DNA of 64,000 nucleotides from an uncultured Acidobacteriota bacterium (lineage in GTDB: Bacteria; Acidobacteriota; Thermoanaerobaculia; Multivoradales; JAHEKO01). This document shows, piece by piece, positions 24,245 to 34,064 of the stretch. Location of the stretch: contig CAVQNG010000003.1 of the NCBI GenBank assembly GCA_963713825.1, forward strand, positions 800,001-864,000. Reading direction: 5' to 3'. Within the stretch, counting starts at the first letter, position 1. Each line of letters begins with the position of its first letter. Under the pieces are notes generated by a model. The model saw nothing but the letters and a program-made list of their open reading frames with translations, made no database searches and was not told the DNA's origin. The translations under genes were made by a program, and so were the position numbers.

Positions 24245-25795
24245 TCAGCTGGGCCGATGAATTCCGAGCTTCTTCATCCGATGCCGCAAGGTGTTCGGGT
24301 GGATGCCCAAGCGTTCCGCAGCATTGTCGGGGCCGTTGATTCGCCAACTGCAGTCCCCGAGGACTCGTTGAATATGAGCTCTCTGTACCGAGTCGAGCCG
24401 GTCGTCCTGCCCTTCGGAGGGTTGTTCTTGAACAGGTCCCAGTGAGCCCGGGTCGAGCCGCAGCTCGTTTTCGGGGGAGAGAATCACGGCCCGCTCGATG
24501 ACGTTCTTGAGCTCTCGAACGTTGCCGGGCCACGAATAGGTCGTCAGCGCCTCCATGACCGCCGCGGGCACCTTGTCCATTCGATGACCCCACTCCTGCT
24601 CGCATCTGGTGAGGAAATGCCAGGCCAAGAGGGGAATATCATTCCTCCGCTCCCGGAGTGACGGCACTGTGATCGGCACAGTATTGAGACGGTGATAGAG
24701 ATCTTCCCGGAACTCCCCGCCGAGGACCAGTTTCTGTAAGTCTCGATGGGTCGCGGCGATGATCCGAACGTCGGCCACGACCGTCTCGGTCGACCCGACC
24801 CGCTCGAGCTCCCCCGACTGCAGAACCCGAAGCAGTTTGACCTGGAGCTCCAGGTCCAGGTCGCCGATCTCATCGAGGAACAGAGTGCCGCCATCAGCCA
24901 CCTCGAAGCGTCCCTTCTTGGCTGCGATCGCCCCCGAGAAGGCGCCTTTGGTGTGACCGAAAAGCTCACTTTCGATCAGTGAACTCGGCAGCGCGGCGCA
25001 GTTGATCTTGATCAGCGCTCTCGACGACCTGGCGCTGCGTTCGTGGATGGCGTGAGCCAGGAGCTCTTTTCCGGTACCGGTCTCCCCGAGCAGAAGAACA
25101 GCCGCACCGGTCGGTGCCACCCGCTCGACTCGAGACAGCGCCGCCTGCAGCACCTCGCTGGTTCCCACGATGTTCTCGAAGTCGTGAGCGACTTTGATCT
25201 CCTCTTGAAGATAGAGATTCTCCTCTTCGATCAATTCCCGGAGAGCCTCGACCTCACTCTCTCGGTGTCGTCTGTCGAGTGCAGCACCAAGAATTTCTCC
25301 TGCGAGCTGCAAGTTGTCGACGATGTCGTCGTGCCAAGTGACAGCCTTCTGAAAACTCCCGATCGCCAGAGCGCAGACGGGACGCTCGCCGACGACGACC
25401 GGGATCGTCAGATTCGAACGGATTCCGACCCGACGAATGTACTCCCTCTCCTTAACTGCCTCGGGCGGTAGGTCGTCGAGAGCGTTGCTCATCATTACCA
25501 CCTCGCCCCGAGCGAGTTGTTCGTGGTACCAGGGGATATCCGCTTGGAAGGCTCCGAGCGGAAAAGGTTCGATGCCGCTGCGGGAACAGGAATGGATGGC
25601 CACGAGGGGCGCAGCGCCGTCTGAGAACTCGAACAGAGTCGAGCGGTCCACATCTAAGAAGTCGATGATCGCGTGCAGGCCATCCTCGATGGCTTCGTCG
25701 ATCTCAGCGGCCGGTAGACGTATGAAGCGCGCCGAGAGGTTGCGCAGCCACTGCCTGAGCTCATGGCTGGTGTCGTCGGGGTAAGTGCCGGCCAC
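24245..25795 (-). CDS. Sigma54-dependent enhancer-binding protein, GAF-AAA+-HTH (FhlA/NifA-like)
   Basis: GETGTGKE, ELFGHTKGAFSGA, LFLDEIG, WPGNVREL, C-terminal AAERLGIHPNTL. Confidence 0.93.
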   Translation of the reverse strand: MAGTYPDDTSHELRQWLRNLSARFIRLPAAEIDEAIEDGLHAIIDFLDVDRSTLFEFSDGAAPLVAIHSCSRSGIEPFPLGAFQADIPWYHEQLARGEVVMMSNALDDLPPEAVKEREYIRRVGIRSNLTIPVVVGERPVCALAIGSFQKAVTWHDDIVDNLQLAGEILGAALDRRHRESEVEALRELIEEENLYLQEEIKVAHDFENIVGTSEVLQAALSRVERVAPTGAAVLLLGETGTGKELLAHAIHERSARSSRALIKINCAALPSSLIESELFGHTKGAFSGAIAAKKGRFEVADGGTLFLDEIGDLDLELQVKLLRVLQSGELERVGSTETVVADVRIIAATHRDLQKLVLGGEFREDLYHRLNTVPITVPSLRERRNDIPLLAWHFLTRCEQEWGHRMDKVPAAVMEALTTYSWPGNVRELKNVIERAVILSPENELRLDPGSLGPVQEQPSEGQDDRLDSVQRAHIQRVLGDCSWRINGPDNAAERLGIHPNTLRHRMKKLGIHRPS

Positions 25796-26107
25796 CCTTG
25801 GTCTCCTCCTGGGGATCCAAAGGGAGGATCCTACAGCATTCCTGCCTTGAAATGCCCATATTTGGTCATCTTCTCATGCCTGTCGAGAGGCTACTCGGCG
25901 CGAGGTTTTTGAGGTTTCTTGGCGATTCTCCCAGCCGTGGAGGGTCCGGGATAAGGGGGAAATCTTGAAAGTAACGAAATATGGTGGCGCCAGATCACAA
26001 TATATGGTGAATTAGACGCAGGTGACGTCCTTCGGTTCGCCAACTTTGTTTTTGTAAACAATACATTATAGGGCACTTATGACTTGTTTTGACTTGTCGC
26101 GCCGACC

Positions 26108-26123
26108 TGGTATCAGCCTTGCT
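26108..26123 (+). promoter_or_regulatory. Sigma54 (-24/-12) promoter
   Basis: TGGTATCAGCCTTGCT = GG-N10-GC; divergent from the activator gene; AT-rich tract upstream. Confidence 0.75.
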
Positions 26124-26135
26124 ATTCATGGTTGT

Positions 26136-26426
26136 ATGGACTTGTGGATCAGCGTAGAGGACCGTGGAGAGGTGCGAGAGGTCCGACTCGAGGGCCGCTT
26201 GGCTGGCGAAGCCGTAGCCGAACTCGAACGGGCGACGCGGAACCTGGAGCCTCCGATTCGCCTCGAGCTCAGGGAACTGTTATCGGCGGACGAGTCGGGG
26301 TTGATAGCGCTTCGGGCCCGACAGAAGGCCGGTGAGGAGTTGATCGGCGCCCGTCCACTGATCCAGCACCTTCTGGACCAGGCCGATGACGAGTCGGCCA
26401 TCACATTCAACGAGTCGGGCCGATAG
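26136..26426 (+). CDS. Small STAS-like (anti-anti-sigma fold) protein
   Basis: VRLEGRL..LELRELLSADESGL pattern; probable start MDLW at 26136. Confidence 0.6.
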   Translation: MDLWISVEDRGEVREVRLEGRLAGEAVAELERATRNLEPPIRLELRELLSADESGLIALRARQKAGEELIGARPLIQHLLDQADDESAITFNESGR

Positions 26427-26501
26427 GCCGCGGCTCGAGGCACCAAGGACAGAGATTCAAGGACTCCAAGACGGAGGAGAACCAAAAAAGGAGAAGAAGA
26501 T

Positions 26502-28064
26502 ATGAGGATGAAGCAAACAAGACGGATCTGGGCGGTAGCCGTAATGATGCTCGTGGTGGGCGTCGGCACGGCGGCAGCACAGGACAAACCGAACATCCTG
26601 GTCGTCTGGGGAGACGATGTCGGTCAATCGAACATCAGTGCCTACACCCATGGGCTGGTGGGCTACGAGACGCCGAACATCGACCGCATTTCCGAAGAGG
26701 GAATGACCTTCACGGACTACTATGCCGAGCAGTCGTGCACTGCGGGACGTTCTTCCTTCATCATGGGGCAGAGCGTGTTCCGCACCGGCCTCTCGAAGGT
26801 TGGACTGCCGGGCGCCGCGCTCGGCATGCGGGAAGAGGAGCCGACAATCGCCGGTCTGCTGAAAGCTCAGGGCTACAGGACGGGGCAGTTCGGCAAGAAC
26901 CATCTTGGTGATCGCGATGAGCACCTGCCGACGAACCACGGTTTCGACGAGTTCTTCGGCAATCTCTATCACCTGAACGCCGAAGAAGAGCCGGAGAACG
27001 AGGACTACCCGGGCGACATGATGCTCGCCGATGGCACGACCTTCGGCGAGAAGTTCGGCCCGAGGGGAGTCATTCACAGCTTTGCCGATGGAGACATCGA
27101 AGATACTGGACCGTTGACCAAGAAGCGCATGGAGACGGTCGACGACGACACCTCCGACGCAGCGGTTGCCTTTATCAAGAAGGCCCACGCGGCGGGTGAA
27201 CCCTTCTTTGTCTGGTGGAACGGCAGCCGGATGCACTTCCGGACCCATGTCAAGGCAGAGAACCGCGGGATCTCGGGTCAGGACGAGTATGCCGACGGCA
27301 TGGTCGAGCACGACATGCACATCGGCAAGTTCCTCGACGTGCTGGATGAGCTGGGCATTGCGGACAACACGATCATCTTCTACTCCACCGACAACGGTCC
27401 GCACATGAACACCTGGCCCGATGCCGGCTGGAATCCCTTCCGCGGCGAGAAGAACACCAACTGGGAAGGTGGCTGGCGCGTCCCGGCCATGGTTCGCTGG
27501 CCTGGCAAGATCGAAGCCGGAACCTGGTCGAACGAGATCGTCCATCACATGGATTGGTTGCCGACCCTGCTGGCCGCGGCCGGTGAGCCCGACATCAAGG
27601 AGAAGCTCAAGGCCGGTGGCGTTTCTGCCATCGGGAGGAGCTACAAGGTACATCTCGACGGCTACAACATCCTGCCATTGCTGACTGGTGAGACCGACGA
27701 CAGCCCCCGCAAGGAGATCTTCTATTTCTCCGATGACGGTGATCTGACAGCCCTGCGTTATGAGGACTGGAAGATCCTGTTCATGGAGCAGAAGTCGACG
27801 GGGACCTTCCGGGTCTGGATGGAGCCCTTCGTGACGATGCGAACTCCGATCATCGTCAATCTCCGGCGTGACCCGTACGAGAAGGGGCTGATCACCTCGA
27901 ACAGCTACTTCGATTGGATGCTGGATCGTGCCTACATGTATGTTCCGGCTCAGAGCTACGTGGGGAACTTCATGGCGACGTTTGAAGAGTTTCCACCACG
28001 CCAGAAGGCGGCGAGCTTCAGCCTCGATCAGGTTATGGAGAAGCTGACTCCACCTGGAGGTTGA
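26502..28064 (+). CDS. Secreted arylsulfatase (Cys-type)
   Basis: Signal peptide; PNILVVWGDD, QSCTAGR, FGKNHLG, STDNG, WEGGWRVP. Confidence 0.95.
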   Translation: MRMKQTRRIWAVAVMMLVVGVGTAAAQDKPNILVVWGDDVGQSNISAYTHGLVGYETPNIDRISEEGMTFTDYYAEQSCTAGRSSFIMGQSVFRTGLSKVGLPGAALGMREEEPTIAGLLKAQGYRTGQFGKNHLGDRDEHLPTNHGFDEFFGNLYHLNAEEEPENEDYPGDMMLADGTTFGEKFGPRGVIHSFADGDIEDTGPLTKKRMETVDDDTSDAAVAFIKKAHAAGEPFFVWWNGSRMHFRTHVKAENRGISGQDEYADGMVEHDMHIGKFLDVLDELGIADNTIIFYSTDNGPHMNTWPDAGWNPFRGEKNTNWEGGWRVPAMVRWPGKIEAGTWSNEIVHHMDWLPTLLAAAGEPDIKEKLKAGGVSAIGRSYKVHLDGYNILPLLTGETDDSPRKEIFYFSDDGDLTALRYEDWKILFMEQKSTGTFRVWMEPFVTMRTPIIVNLRRDPYEKGLITSNSYFDWMLDRAYMYVPAQSYVGNFMATFEEFPPRQKAASFSLDQVMEKLTPPGG

Positions 28065-28101
28065 GGAGTCGTAGGCTGATCGGGGTGTAGAAGTCGATTC
28101 A

Positions 28102-28140
28102 TCGGGGAACCGGGAGGCAGCATGGTTCCTGGTTCCCCGA
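28102..28140. other. Inverted repeat / hairpin between sulfatase and HAD genes
   Basis: TCGGGGAACCGGGA ... TCCTGGTTCCCCGA. Confidence 0.5.
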
Positions 28141-28181
28141 GTTGTCTTGAAATACTCTTTGTTCCTTTAGGGGGTTTGAAT

Positions 28182-29252
28182 ATGTACCAAGAGAGAGGGT
28201 CGCGAGGGGATTCCCGTTGGCTCCTGCTGTTGGGGCTGGCGGCTGTGGTAATCACCGCGGGTTGTGGTGGCGCGACGGGAGAGCGCTCCGCGACGAGAGG
28301 AGTTGCACAGGACGGAACCGAGGCAAGCGCGGTTGGCGATTCGAACCCACTGCCATCGTGGAACGATAGAGCCTCCAAAGAGGCCATTGTCGATTTCGTG
28401 AAGAGGGTGACGAACCCAGCGAGCCCCGACTTCGTGCCCGAAGCGGAGCGCATCGCAACCTTCGACAACGACGGGTGCCTTTGGTCCGAGAAACCGGTCT
28501 ACTTCCAGTTGTTGTTCGCCATCGATCGGGTCAAGGCCCTAGCGCCCGAGCATCCAGAGTGGAAGGAGAAGCAACCCTTCAAGGCGGTGCTCGAAGGAGA
28601 CATGGCCGCGCTGGCGGAAGCCGGGGAGCACGGGCTTCTGGAGCTGATCATGGCCAGTCACGCGGGCATGACGACGGTCGAGTTCGAGGCGATCGTCGAA
28701 GACTGGCTGAGCACGGCCAGGCATCCCGAGCTCGATCGCCCCTACACCGAGCTTGTCTTTCAGCCGATGCTAGAGGTGCTCGAGTATCTGCGCTTCAACG
28801 GATTCAAGACCTTCATCACCTCGGGAGGTGGCATCGAGTTCATGCGTCCCTGGGCCGAAGCGGTCTACGGTATCCCTCCAGAGCAGGTCGTAGGCTCGAG
28901 CATCAAGGTGGAATACGAAGTGCGCGATGGTGAGCCGGTCCTGGTTCGCCTCCCGGAGATCGACTTCATCGACGACAAGGAAGGCAAGCCGGTGGGCATC
29001 CACAAGTTCATCGGACGGCGTCCCATCGCCGCGTTCGGGAACTCGGATGGCGATTTCCAGATGCTCGAATGGACGACTGCCGGCGAGGGAGCCCGCTTGG
29101 GTGTCCTGATTCATCACACCGATGGGGAGCGGGAGTGGGCCTACGATCGCGACTCACACGTAGGCGGCCTCTCCAAAGGGTTGGACGAGGCCGGGAATCG
29201 AGGCTGGGTCGTGGTGGACATGAAGCAAGACTGGAAGTCGATCTACGAGTAG
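28182..29252 (+). CDS. HAD-family hydrolase lipoprotein (acid-phosphatase-like)
   Basis: Lipobox ITAGC; FDNDGCLW, TSGGG, FGNSDGD. Confidence 0.85.
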   Translation: MYQERGSRGDSRWLLLLGLAAVVITAGCGGATGERSATRGVAQDGTEASAVGDSNPLPSWNDRASKEAIVDFVKRVTNPASPDFVPEAERIATFDNDGCLWSEKPVYFQLLFAIDRVKALAPEHPEWKEKQPFKAVLEGDMAALAEAGEHGLLELIMASHAGMTTVEFEAIVEDWLSTARHPELDRPYTELVFQPMLEVLEYLRFNGFKTFITSGGGIEFMRPWAEAVYGIPPEQVVGSSIKVEYEVRDGEPVLVRLPEIDFIDDKEGKPVGIHKFIGRRPIAAFGNSDGDFQMLEWTTAGEGARLGVLIHHTDGEREWAYDRDSHVGGLSKGLDEAGNRGWVVVDMKQDWKSIYE

Positions 29253-29498
29253 AGCGAGAGACCATGGAGCCAAGCAGCCGGATGCCCGCCTGGAATCTTG
29301 CAGTGCCGCAGACTTTTGATTCTGGGCATAAATGGTATCGTTGGGCCTGTAACGGGTTGAGTCTGGGTCGTTGAGAGGCACAAGCTGGAAGCAGCTAGAA
29401 GACCTGAGCGCCGTCGACGCGCGTCGGGAGGAGCTGTCTTTGACCGAAGGTCAAGTGCCCGATGAAGGCAACGGAGTGGAACAACACAGGAGGGGTGC

Positions 29499-30062
29499 AT
29501 GAACGACGAACTGGGAAGTGGTATCAAACAGGCTTCGAACCGAGGAATGGTCTTCGGGATCGCTTTGGTGATTCTCGGTTTCCTTTCCATTCTCGCTCCA
29601 ATGGTTGCTGGGGGAATGGTGTCGGTGCTGGTCGGAGTCTTCATGATCGCGGCGGGAATCGCGAGATTGATGTGGGCGTTTCAAGCTGGGTCTTTTGGCA
29701 AGGGCGCGCTGACCTTTCTTCTGGGAGGTCTGTTGATCATCACGGGGCTCGCGCTGATCTTCCGGCCCATGATCGGCATGGCCTCGATGGCTCTGATGTT
29801 GGCCATCTTTTTTCTCGCAGACGGAATCTTCGAGCTGGTTGCGGCCTTTAAGGTCAAGCCCAAGAAAGGCTGGGGTTGGATGCTGTTTGGAGGCATCGTC
29901 TCCATCGTGCTGGCGGGCTTCATCTTTTATGAGTGGCCATTCTCGGGCGTCTGGGCGGTCGGGATTCTCGTCGGCGTGAAGCTGCTGTTCGCAGGGTTCG
30001 CCATGATCGCCTTGGGCTCGATGGGCCGAGGGGTGGCCAGGCGGGCGGCAGAGCTCGGGTAG
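29499..30062 (+). CDS. HdeD/DUF308 family membrane protein
   Basis: About 6 TM helices, GWGW motif, SD GGAGG upstream. Confidence 0.8.
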   Translation: MNDELGSGIKQASNRGMVFGIALVILGFLSILAPMVAGGMVSVLVGVFMIAAGIARLMWAFQAGSFGKGALTFLLGGLLIITGLALIFRPMIGMASMALMLAIFFLADGIFELVAAFKVKPKKGWGWMLFGGIVSIVLAGFIFYEWPFSGVWAVGILVGVKLLFAGFAMIALGSMGRGVARRAAELG

Positions 30063-30196
30063 AACAGTTGTGGGGATTTTCCGCGGAAGCCCGATGTTTC
30101 GACCGGGAAGGAATGACGAGCGAGAGAGCGGCGCTCGACCCGGGGGAGACAATTGGGCTCCGCGAGTAGTAAGATCAATGGTTCAGTTGTCAATCA

Positions 30197-31288
30197 ATGA
30201 CGAAAGGGGAAATGAGCATGCGGAGTAGAAATACAGCACTGTTGTGTCTGTTGCTGGTGGCCATGTTCGCTGTCGCCACGACAGGGTTCGCCTACAACCC
30301 GAAGGCGATCGACAAGAAGGTAGAGGAGGGGCTCGCTGAGTTCGACAAAGTCGTGAAGAATTCTGACGAGGTGTTCGAGGCCTCTGTTGGCATTCTGGTT
30401 TGTCCGAGGATCGGTAAAGTGGGCCTGGGAATTGGCCTCGAGAAGGGACTTTGTTCCCTGATGATCGACGGCAAGACCGTCGAGTATTGGCGCGCCTCCG
30501 GAGCCTCGCTTGGTTTGACTGCGGGAATCCAATCTGCCGGCCTGGTCGTGGCCTTCACAGAGCAGGCTGCTCTGGACAAGTTCCGTGCGTCCAACAGAGG
30601 GTGGACTTTCGGCGTTGACGGTTCCGTCGCCGTGGCCAAGCTGGGCGCAAATGGAATGGTCAACACCGCGGAGTTCAAGAAGCCGATCTATGCCTTCAGC
30701 TACAGCCCGAAGGGGCTGATGGCCGACCTGTCTCTCGCGACCTCGACCCTCAAGAAAATCGGCACCGAGGAGGATCTCGCCAGGTACGAGGATCCGTACC
30801 ACCGATTCACGGTAACAGCCGACGTCTCGGGCTCGGGCTTTGGGACCTCGGGAGGCGCCGAGACGCAACAGGTGAGGATTGATATCGACGGCTGGGTCAC
30901 CATCGCGCAGATCGAAGCCATGCAGGAGTTGGTCCGTGACAAGAGCACGGCCGAGGCCAGCATGGCGATGGCCGAGATGGAGCCGCTCGGAACGATCATG
31001 CAGGGCAACAAGAGGATCCCCATCCACTGGGCTCGGGCACTTCAAATGGGCGACACGTATCGGGTGTTGCTCGCCACCAACGAGCCGATGGGTTTCTCCT
31101 GGGCCAAGCAGCCCGAGAACACCGTGACGGTCTTCCAACTGGACCTGGATACCAAGCGCCTCGGTACTGGCGTGATGGTGATGAATCCAGAGCTCGGTTG
31201 GGATGACGAACGGAACGGTATCACCGTCCAGCAGACGAACCTCAAACCCATTAAGCTGACCTCGGTGAGTTACAAGAAGATCGAGTAG
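30197..31288 (+). CDS. Secreted Ysc84/SYLF lipid-binding domain protein with extra C-terminal domain
   Basis: Signal peptide; GILVCP..KVGLGIG, GASLGLTAG, GWTFGVDGSVAV, KGLMADLS. Confidence 0.7.
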   Translation: MTKGEMSMRSRNTALLCLLLVAMFAVATTGFAYNPKAIDKKVEEGLAEFDKVVKNSDEVFEASVGILVCPRIGKVGLGIGLEKGLCSLMIDGKTVEYWRASGASLGLTAGIQSAGLVVAFTEQAALDKFRASNRGWTFGVDGSVAVAKLGANGMVNTAEFKKPIYAFSYSPKGLMADLSLATSTLKKIGTEEDLARYEDPYHRFTVTADVSGSGFGTSGGAETQQVRIDIDGWVTIAQIEAMQELVRDKSTAEASMAMAEMEPLGTIMQGNKRIPIHWARALQMGDTYRVLLATNEPMGFSWAKQPENTVTVFQLDLDTKRLGTGVMVMNPELGWDDERNGITVQQTNLKPIKLTSVSYKKIE

Positions 31289-31323
31289 TCGTCCTCACGA
31301 CGAGTAACTCGCAAGTTCTGGCG

Positions 31324-31359
31324 GGGCGGGAGGTCTTCGGACCCCCCGCCCTGTTTCTT
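31324..31359 (+). terminator. Intrinsic terminator
   Basis: GGGCGGGAGGTC-TTCG-GACCCCCCGCCC followed by TGTTTCTT. Confidence 0.75.
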
Positions 31360-31385
31360 GCCAGGGGGAAGGCTCGGTTGCACTC

Positions 31386-31414
31386 TTGACCGGGCGGGTG
31401 GAATCCAGTAAGGT
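31386..31414 (+). promoter_or_regulatory. Putative sigma70 promoter for the rpmH operon
   Basis: TTGACC-N17-TAAGGT. Confidence 0.5.
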
Positions 31415-31518
31415 ATTGCGTTCTTGAGGGTTATGGGAGTCAAGGCGGCTACCCACGAGTGCTGAAGGCCGCTTCCCGAGACAGCCAAAATAGTTGATAT
31501 CGAGAAAGCGGCATCACC

Positions 31519-31653
31519 GTGAAGAGAACTTACCAGCCGAACAATCGCCGTCGGAAACGCACCCACGGCTTTCGTCTTCGGATGCGCACCCGCCAGGGTC
31601 GAGCCATCATCAATCGGCGGCGCAGAAAAGGGCGTAAGCGCCTCGCTGTCTGA
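31519..31653 (+). CDS. rpmH: 50S ribosomal protein L34 (absent from the ORF track)
   Basis: GTG start; manual translation [44 protein letters not shown]. Confidence 0.97.
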   Translation: MKRTYQPNNRRRKRTHGFRLRMRTRQGRAIINRRRRKGRKRLAV

Positions 31654-31656
31654 GCC

Positions 31657-32040
31657 ATGTCCTCTCGGCAGGCCTCTCCCATGAGCGGAGAGTCTCTGCG
31701 CCGCGAGGAAGGGCTCAGGAGACGGGCGGACTTCCTGCAATGCTACAGATCCGGACGCCGGCGTCACGGCTCGCTGGTGATTCTCTATTTTCTGAAGCGT
31801 CCTCCAGAACCGCCCTTTGCACGCATCGGCATCACGGCGAGCCGCAAGGTGGGCGGCTCGGTCGTGCGGCACCGAGTCAAGCGCCGGATCCGGGAGATCT
31901 TTCGACGCTGGGACGAGCGCCGGCAGTTGCCCCCGTACGACATCGTGGTGCACGTGCTTCCAGCGGCTCGACAGGCCGGGTTCCTGGACCTGAAGCAGGA
32001 TCTGCTGGATCTCCTGACGCCGCTGACGACACCCCGGTAG
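31657..32040 (+). CDS. rnpA: RNase P protein component
   Basis: RIGITASRKVGGSVVRHRVKRRIRE; synteny with rpmH. Confidence 0.93.
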   Translation: MSSRQASPMSGESLRREEGLRRRADFLQCYRSGRRRHGSLVILYFLKRPPEPPFARIGITASRKVGGSVVRHRVKRRIREIFRRWDERRQLPPYDIVVHVLPAARQAGFLDLKQDLLDLLTPLTTPR

Positions 32041-32255
32041 GCACCCTCGTCACCCGACCGGTTGCCGCACTTCTCGTCCATTACAAGCGCTGGGTATCCC
32101 CTCTGTTACCTCGGTCCTGTCGCTTTACGCCGACTTGTTCGGAGTACGCGAGGTTGGCGATTCTCGAATACGGGCTGATGCGAGGCGGAGCGCGGGCTCT
32201 CTGGAGGATCTTGCGCTGTAACCCGTTTCACCCCGGAGGGGTGGACTATCCTTGA
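32037..32255 (+). CDS. yidD: Membrane protein insertion efficiency factor YidD (start codon unresolved)
   Basis: YKRWVSP..SCRFTPTCSEY..RCNPFHPGGVD; located between rnpA and yidC. Confidence 0.85.
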   Translation, partial: VGTLVTRPVAALLVHYKRWVSPLLPRSCRFTPTCSEYARLAILEYGLMRGGARALWRILRCNPFHPGGVDYP

Positions 32256-32285
32256 GCACCAGAAGTTGACGGGAGAACAAGAGCA

Positions 32286-34064
32286 TTGGACACCAAGAGA
32301 CTTCTAATCGCAGCCGCTCTTTCGATGGCGGTGATGCTCGCGTGGAGCTATCTCTTCCCTCCGCCGGAGCCAACCCAGAGACAGGCACAAACGCAGGAGC
32401 CGGCCGCGCTAGAGGAGGTTGTTGCAACGGCGCCCGAGGAGCCACCCGAAGCGACCGTCGAGGAGGTAGGTGAGCCCTCTCCGATGGCAGAGGAAGAATC
32501 GGGCGAAGAGTCGATCGCAGCTGACCGTGAAGAGTTGGTGGTCGTTGAGTCGGCCGAGTTTCGGGCCGAGATGACGAACCGGGGCGGGCAGCTGCTCTCG
32601 TATCAACTCCTGAATCACAAGAGCGCCGACGGAGGACCAGTCGACATGGTTCGTCGACGCGGAGCTGCGCCCTATCCCTTTGGTCTTGCGACTCCCCAAG
32701 GAGGCCCTTCGCCACTGAACGACGTCTTGTATCAGGTCGAGCAGTCGAGCTCGACGGCCGGCAATAAGGCGGTTACCTTCCGCTATCGGGGACCCGAGGG
32801 GAATGTCGAGAAGCGGTTCGTGTTTCGCGGCGACGGGATGATCGAGGTGGAGGTGGCGCTGTCCGATCCCAATGCCTGGGCCCTGGCCATCGGCCCCGGA
32901 GTTCGCAACCCTTCCGAGGAAGAGCAAGAGAACCGCTTTGCCCGGCGCTCAGCGGTCTTCAAGACGGCCGAGGATGTCGAGCGGGAGGACCCGAATCGAA
33001 CCTGGAGTCCGATGCCGATCTCTTCCATCGGCCTGAGCTGGGCTGGCCTTGAGGATAGCTACTTCTTGACGGCCGTGGTGCCGCAGGAGGGGGTTGGCGG
33101 AGTCATCCTCCAGCCGGTGCTGGTGGTGCCGAGTGTCGAGGGTACCGAGGTGCAGTTCAAGCCGATTCGCAACAAAGAAGAGCTCAGCGACGCGGAGAAG
33201 GATCTGCCTCGAGAGTTGCTTCTACTGGTTCAGCCCTCGACAGAGATCTCGAGAGTTCTGGCTTATCTCGGGCCGAAGGAGTATTCCTACCTGGCAAACC
33301 TGGGCTATGGGCTCGAGGAGACGGTAAATCTGGGATTCTTCAAGCCGCTCTCCCTGCCATTGATGTGGGGACTGGCCTGGATCTACGACAACGTCGTTTC
33401 GAACTATGGATGGGCCATCATCTTGATGACCATCATGATTCGGATCGTGCTTTTCCCGTTGACCCATAAAAGCACGGTGTCGATGCAGAAGATGCAGAAG
33501 CTCAACCCGAAGATTCAGGCCATTCGCCAGAAGTACAAGGGTAAATTGAAGGACAAGCAGGGTCGGCCGAACGCCGAGATGCAACGCAAGATGAACGAAG
33601 AGACCATGGCTCTCTACAAGACCGAAGGGGTGAGCCCCGCTGGTGGTTGTCTGCCGATGTTTCTTCAGATACCGGTTCTCTTTGCTTTCTACAGCCTGCT
33701 CACGGCCTCGATCGAGTTGCGTGGGGCTCCCTGGATCCTGTGGATTCAGGACCTTTCTGCCAAAGACCCTCTCTATGTTCTGCCGATCATCATGGGCGCC
33801 TCGCAGTTTCTGCAACAGAAGATGACACCTGCGGCGGGAGACCCGATGCAGCGGCGGATGTTCGCCATGATGCCGATCTTCTTTACGGTGCTGTTTCTGG
33901 GATTCCCGAGCGGCCTGGTTCTCTACTGGTTGACCAACAACGTGTTGGGAATCGCACAGTCGTACGCTTATAAGCGGCACCGGGAGAAGAAAGAGGCAGA
34001 AGCCAACGAAACCGCGGGCGGTAAGCGATCCGAGGGTAGTAAGAAGAAGGAGGCTGGCAAATGA
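32286..34064 (+). CDS. yidC: Membrane protein insertase YidC
   Basis: YLGPK, NYGWAII, GGCLP, WIQDLS, PSGLVLYW. Confidence 0.97.
   Translation: MDTKRLLIAAALSMAVMLAWSYLFPPPEPTQRQAQTQEPAALEEVVATAPEEPPEATVEEVGEPSPMAEEESGEESIAADREELVVVESAEFRAEMTNRGGQLLSYQLLNHKSADGGPVDMVRRRGAAPYPFGLATPQGGPSPLNDVLYQVEQSSSTAGNKAVTFRYRGPEGNVEKRFVFRGDGMIEVEVALSDPNAWALAIGPGVRNPSEEEQENRFARRSAVFKTAEDVEREDPNRTWSPMPISSIGLSWAGLEDSYFLTAVVPQEGVGGVILQPVLVVPSVEGTEVQFKPIRNKEELSDAEKDLPRELLLLVQPSTEISRVLAYLGPKEYSYLANLGYGLEETVNLGFFKPLSLPLMWGLAWIYDNVVSNYGWAIILMTIMIRIVLFPLTHKSTVSMQKMQKLNPKIQAIRQKYKGKLKDKQGRPNAEMQRKMNEETMALYKTEGVSPAGGCLPMFLQIPVLFAFYSLLTASIELRGAPWILWIQDLSAKDPLYVLPIIMGASQFLQQKMTPAAGDPMQRRMFAMMPIFFTVLFLGFPSGLVLYWLTNNVLGIAQSYAYKRHREKKEAEANETAGGKRSEGSKKKEAGK

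Noticed and set aside
31740-32036. 171-aa extended YidD from ATG 31740
   Set aside because: It would overlap most of rnpA with low-complexity off-frame sequence.
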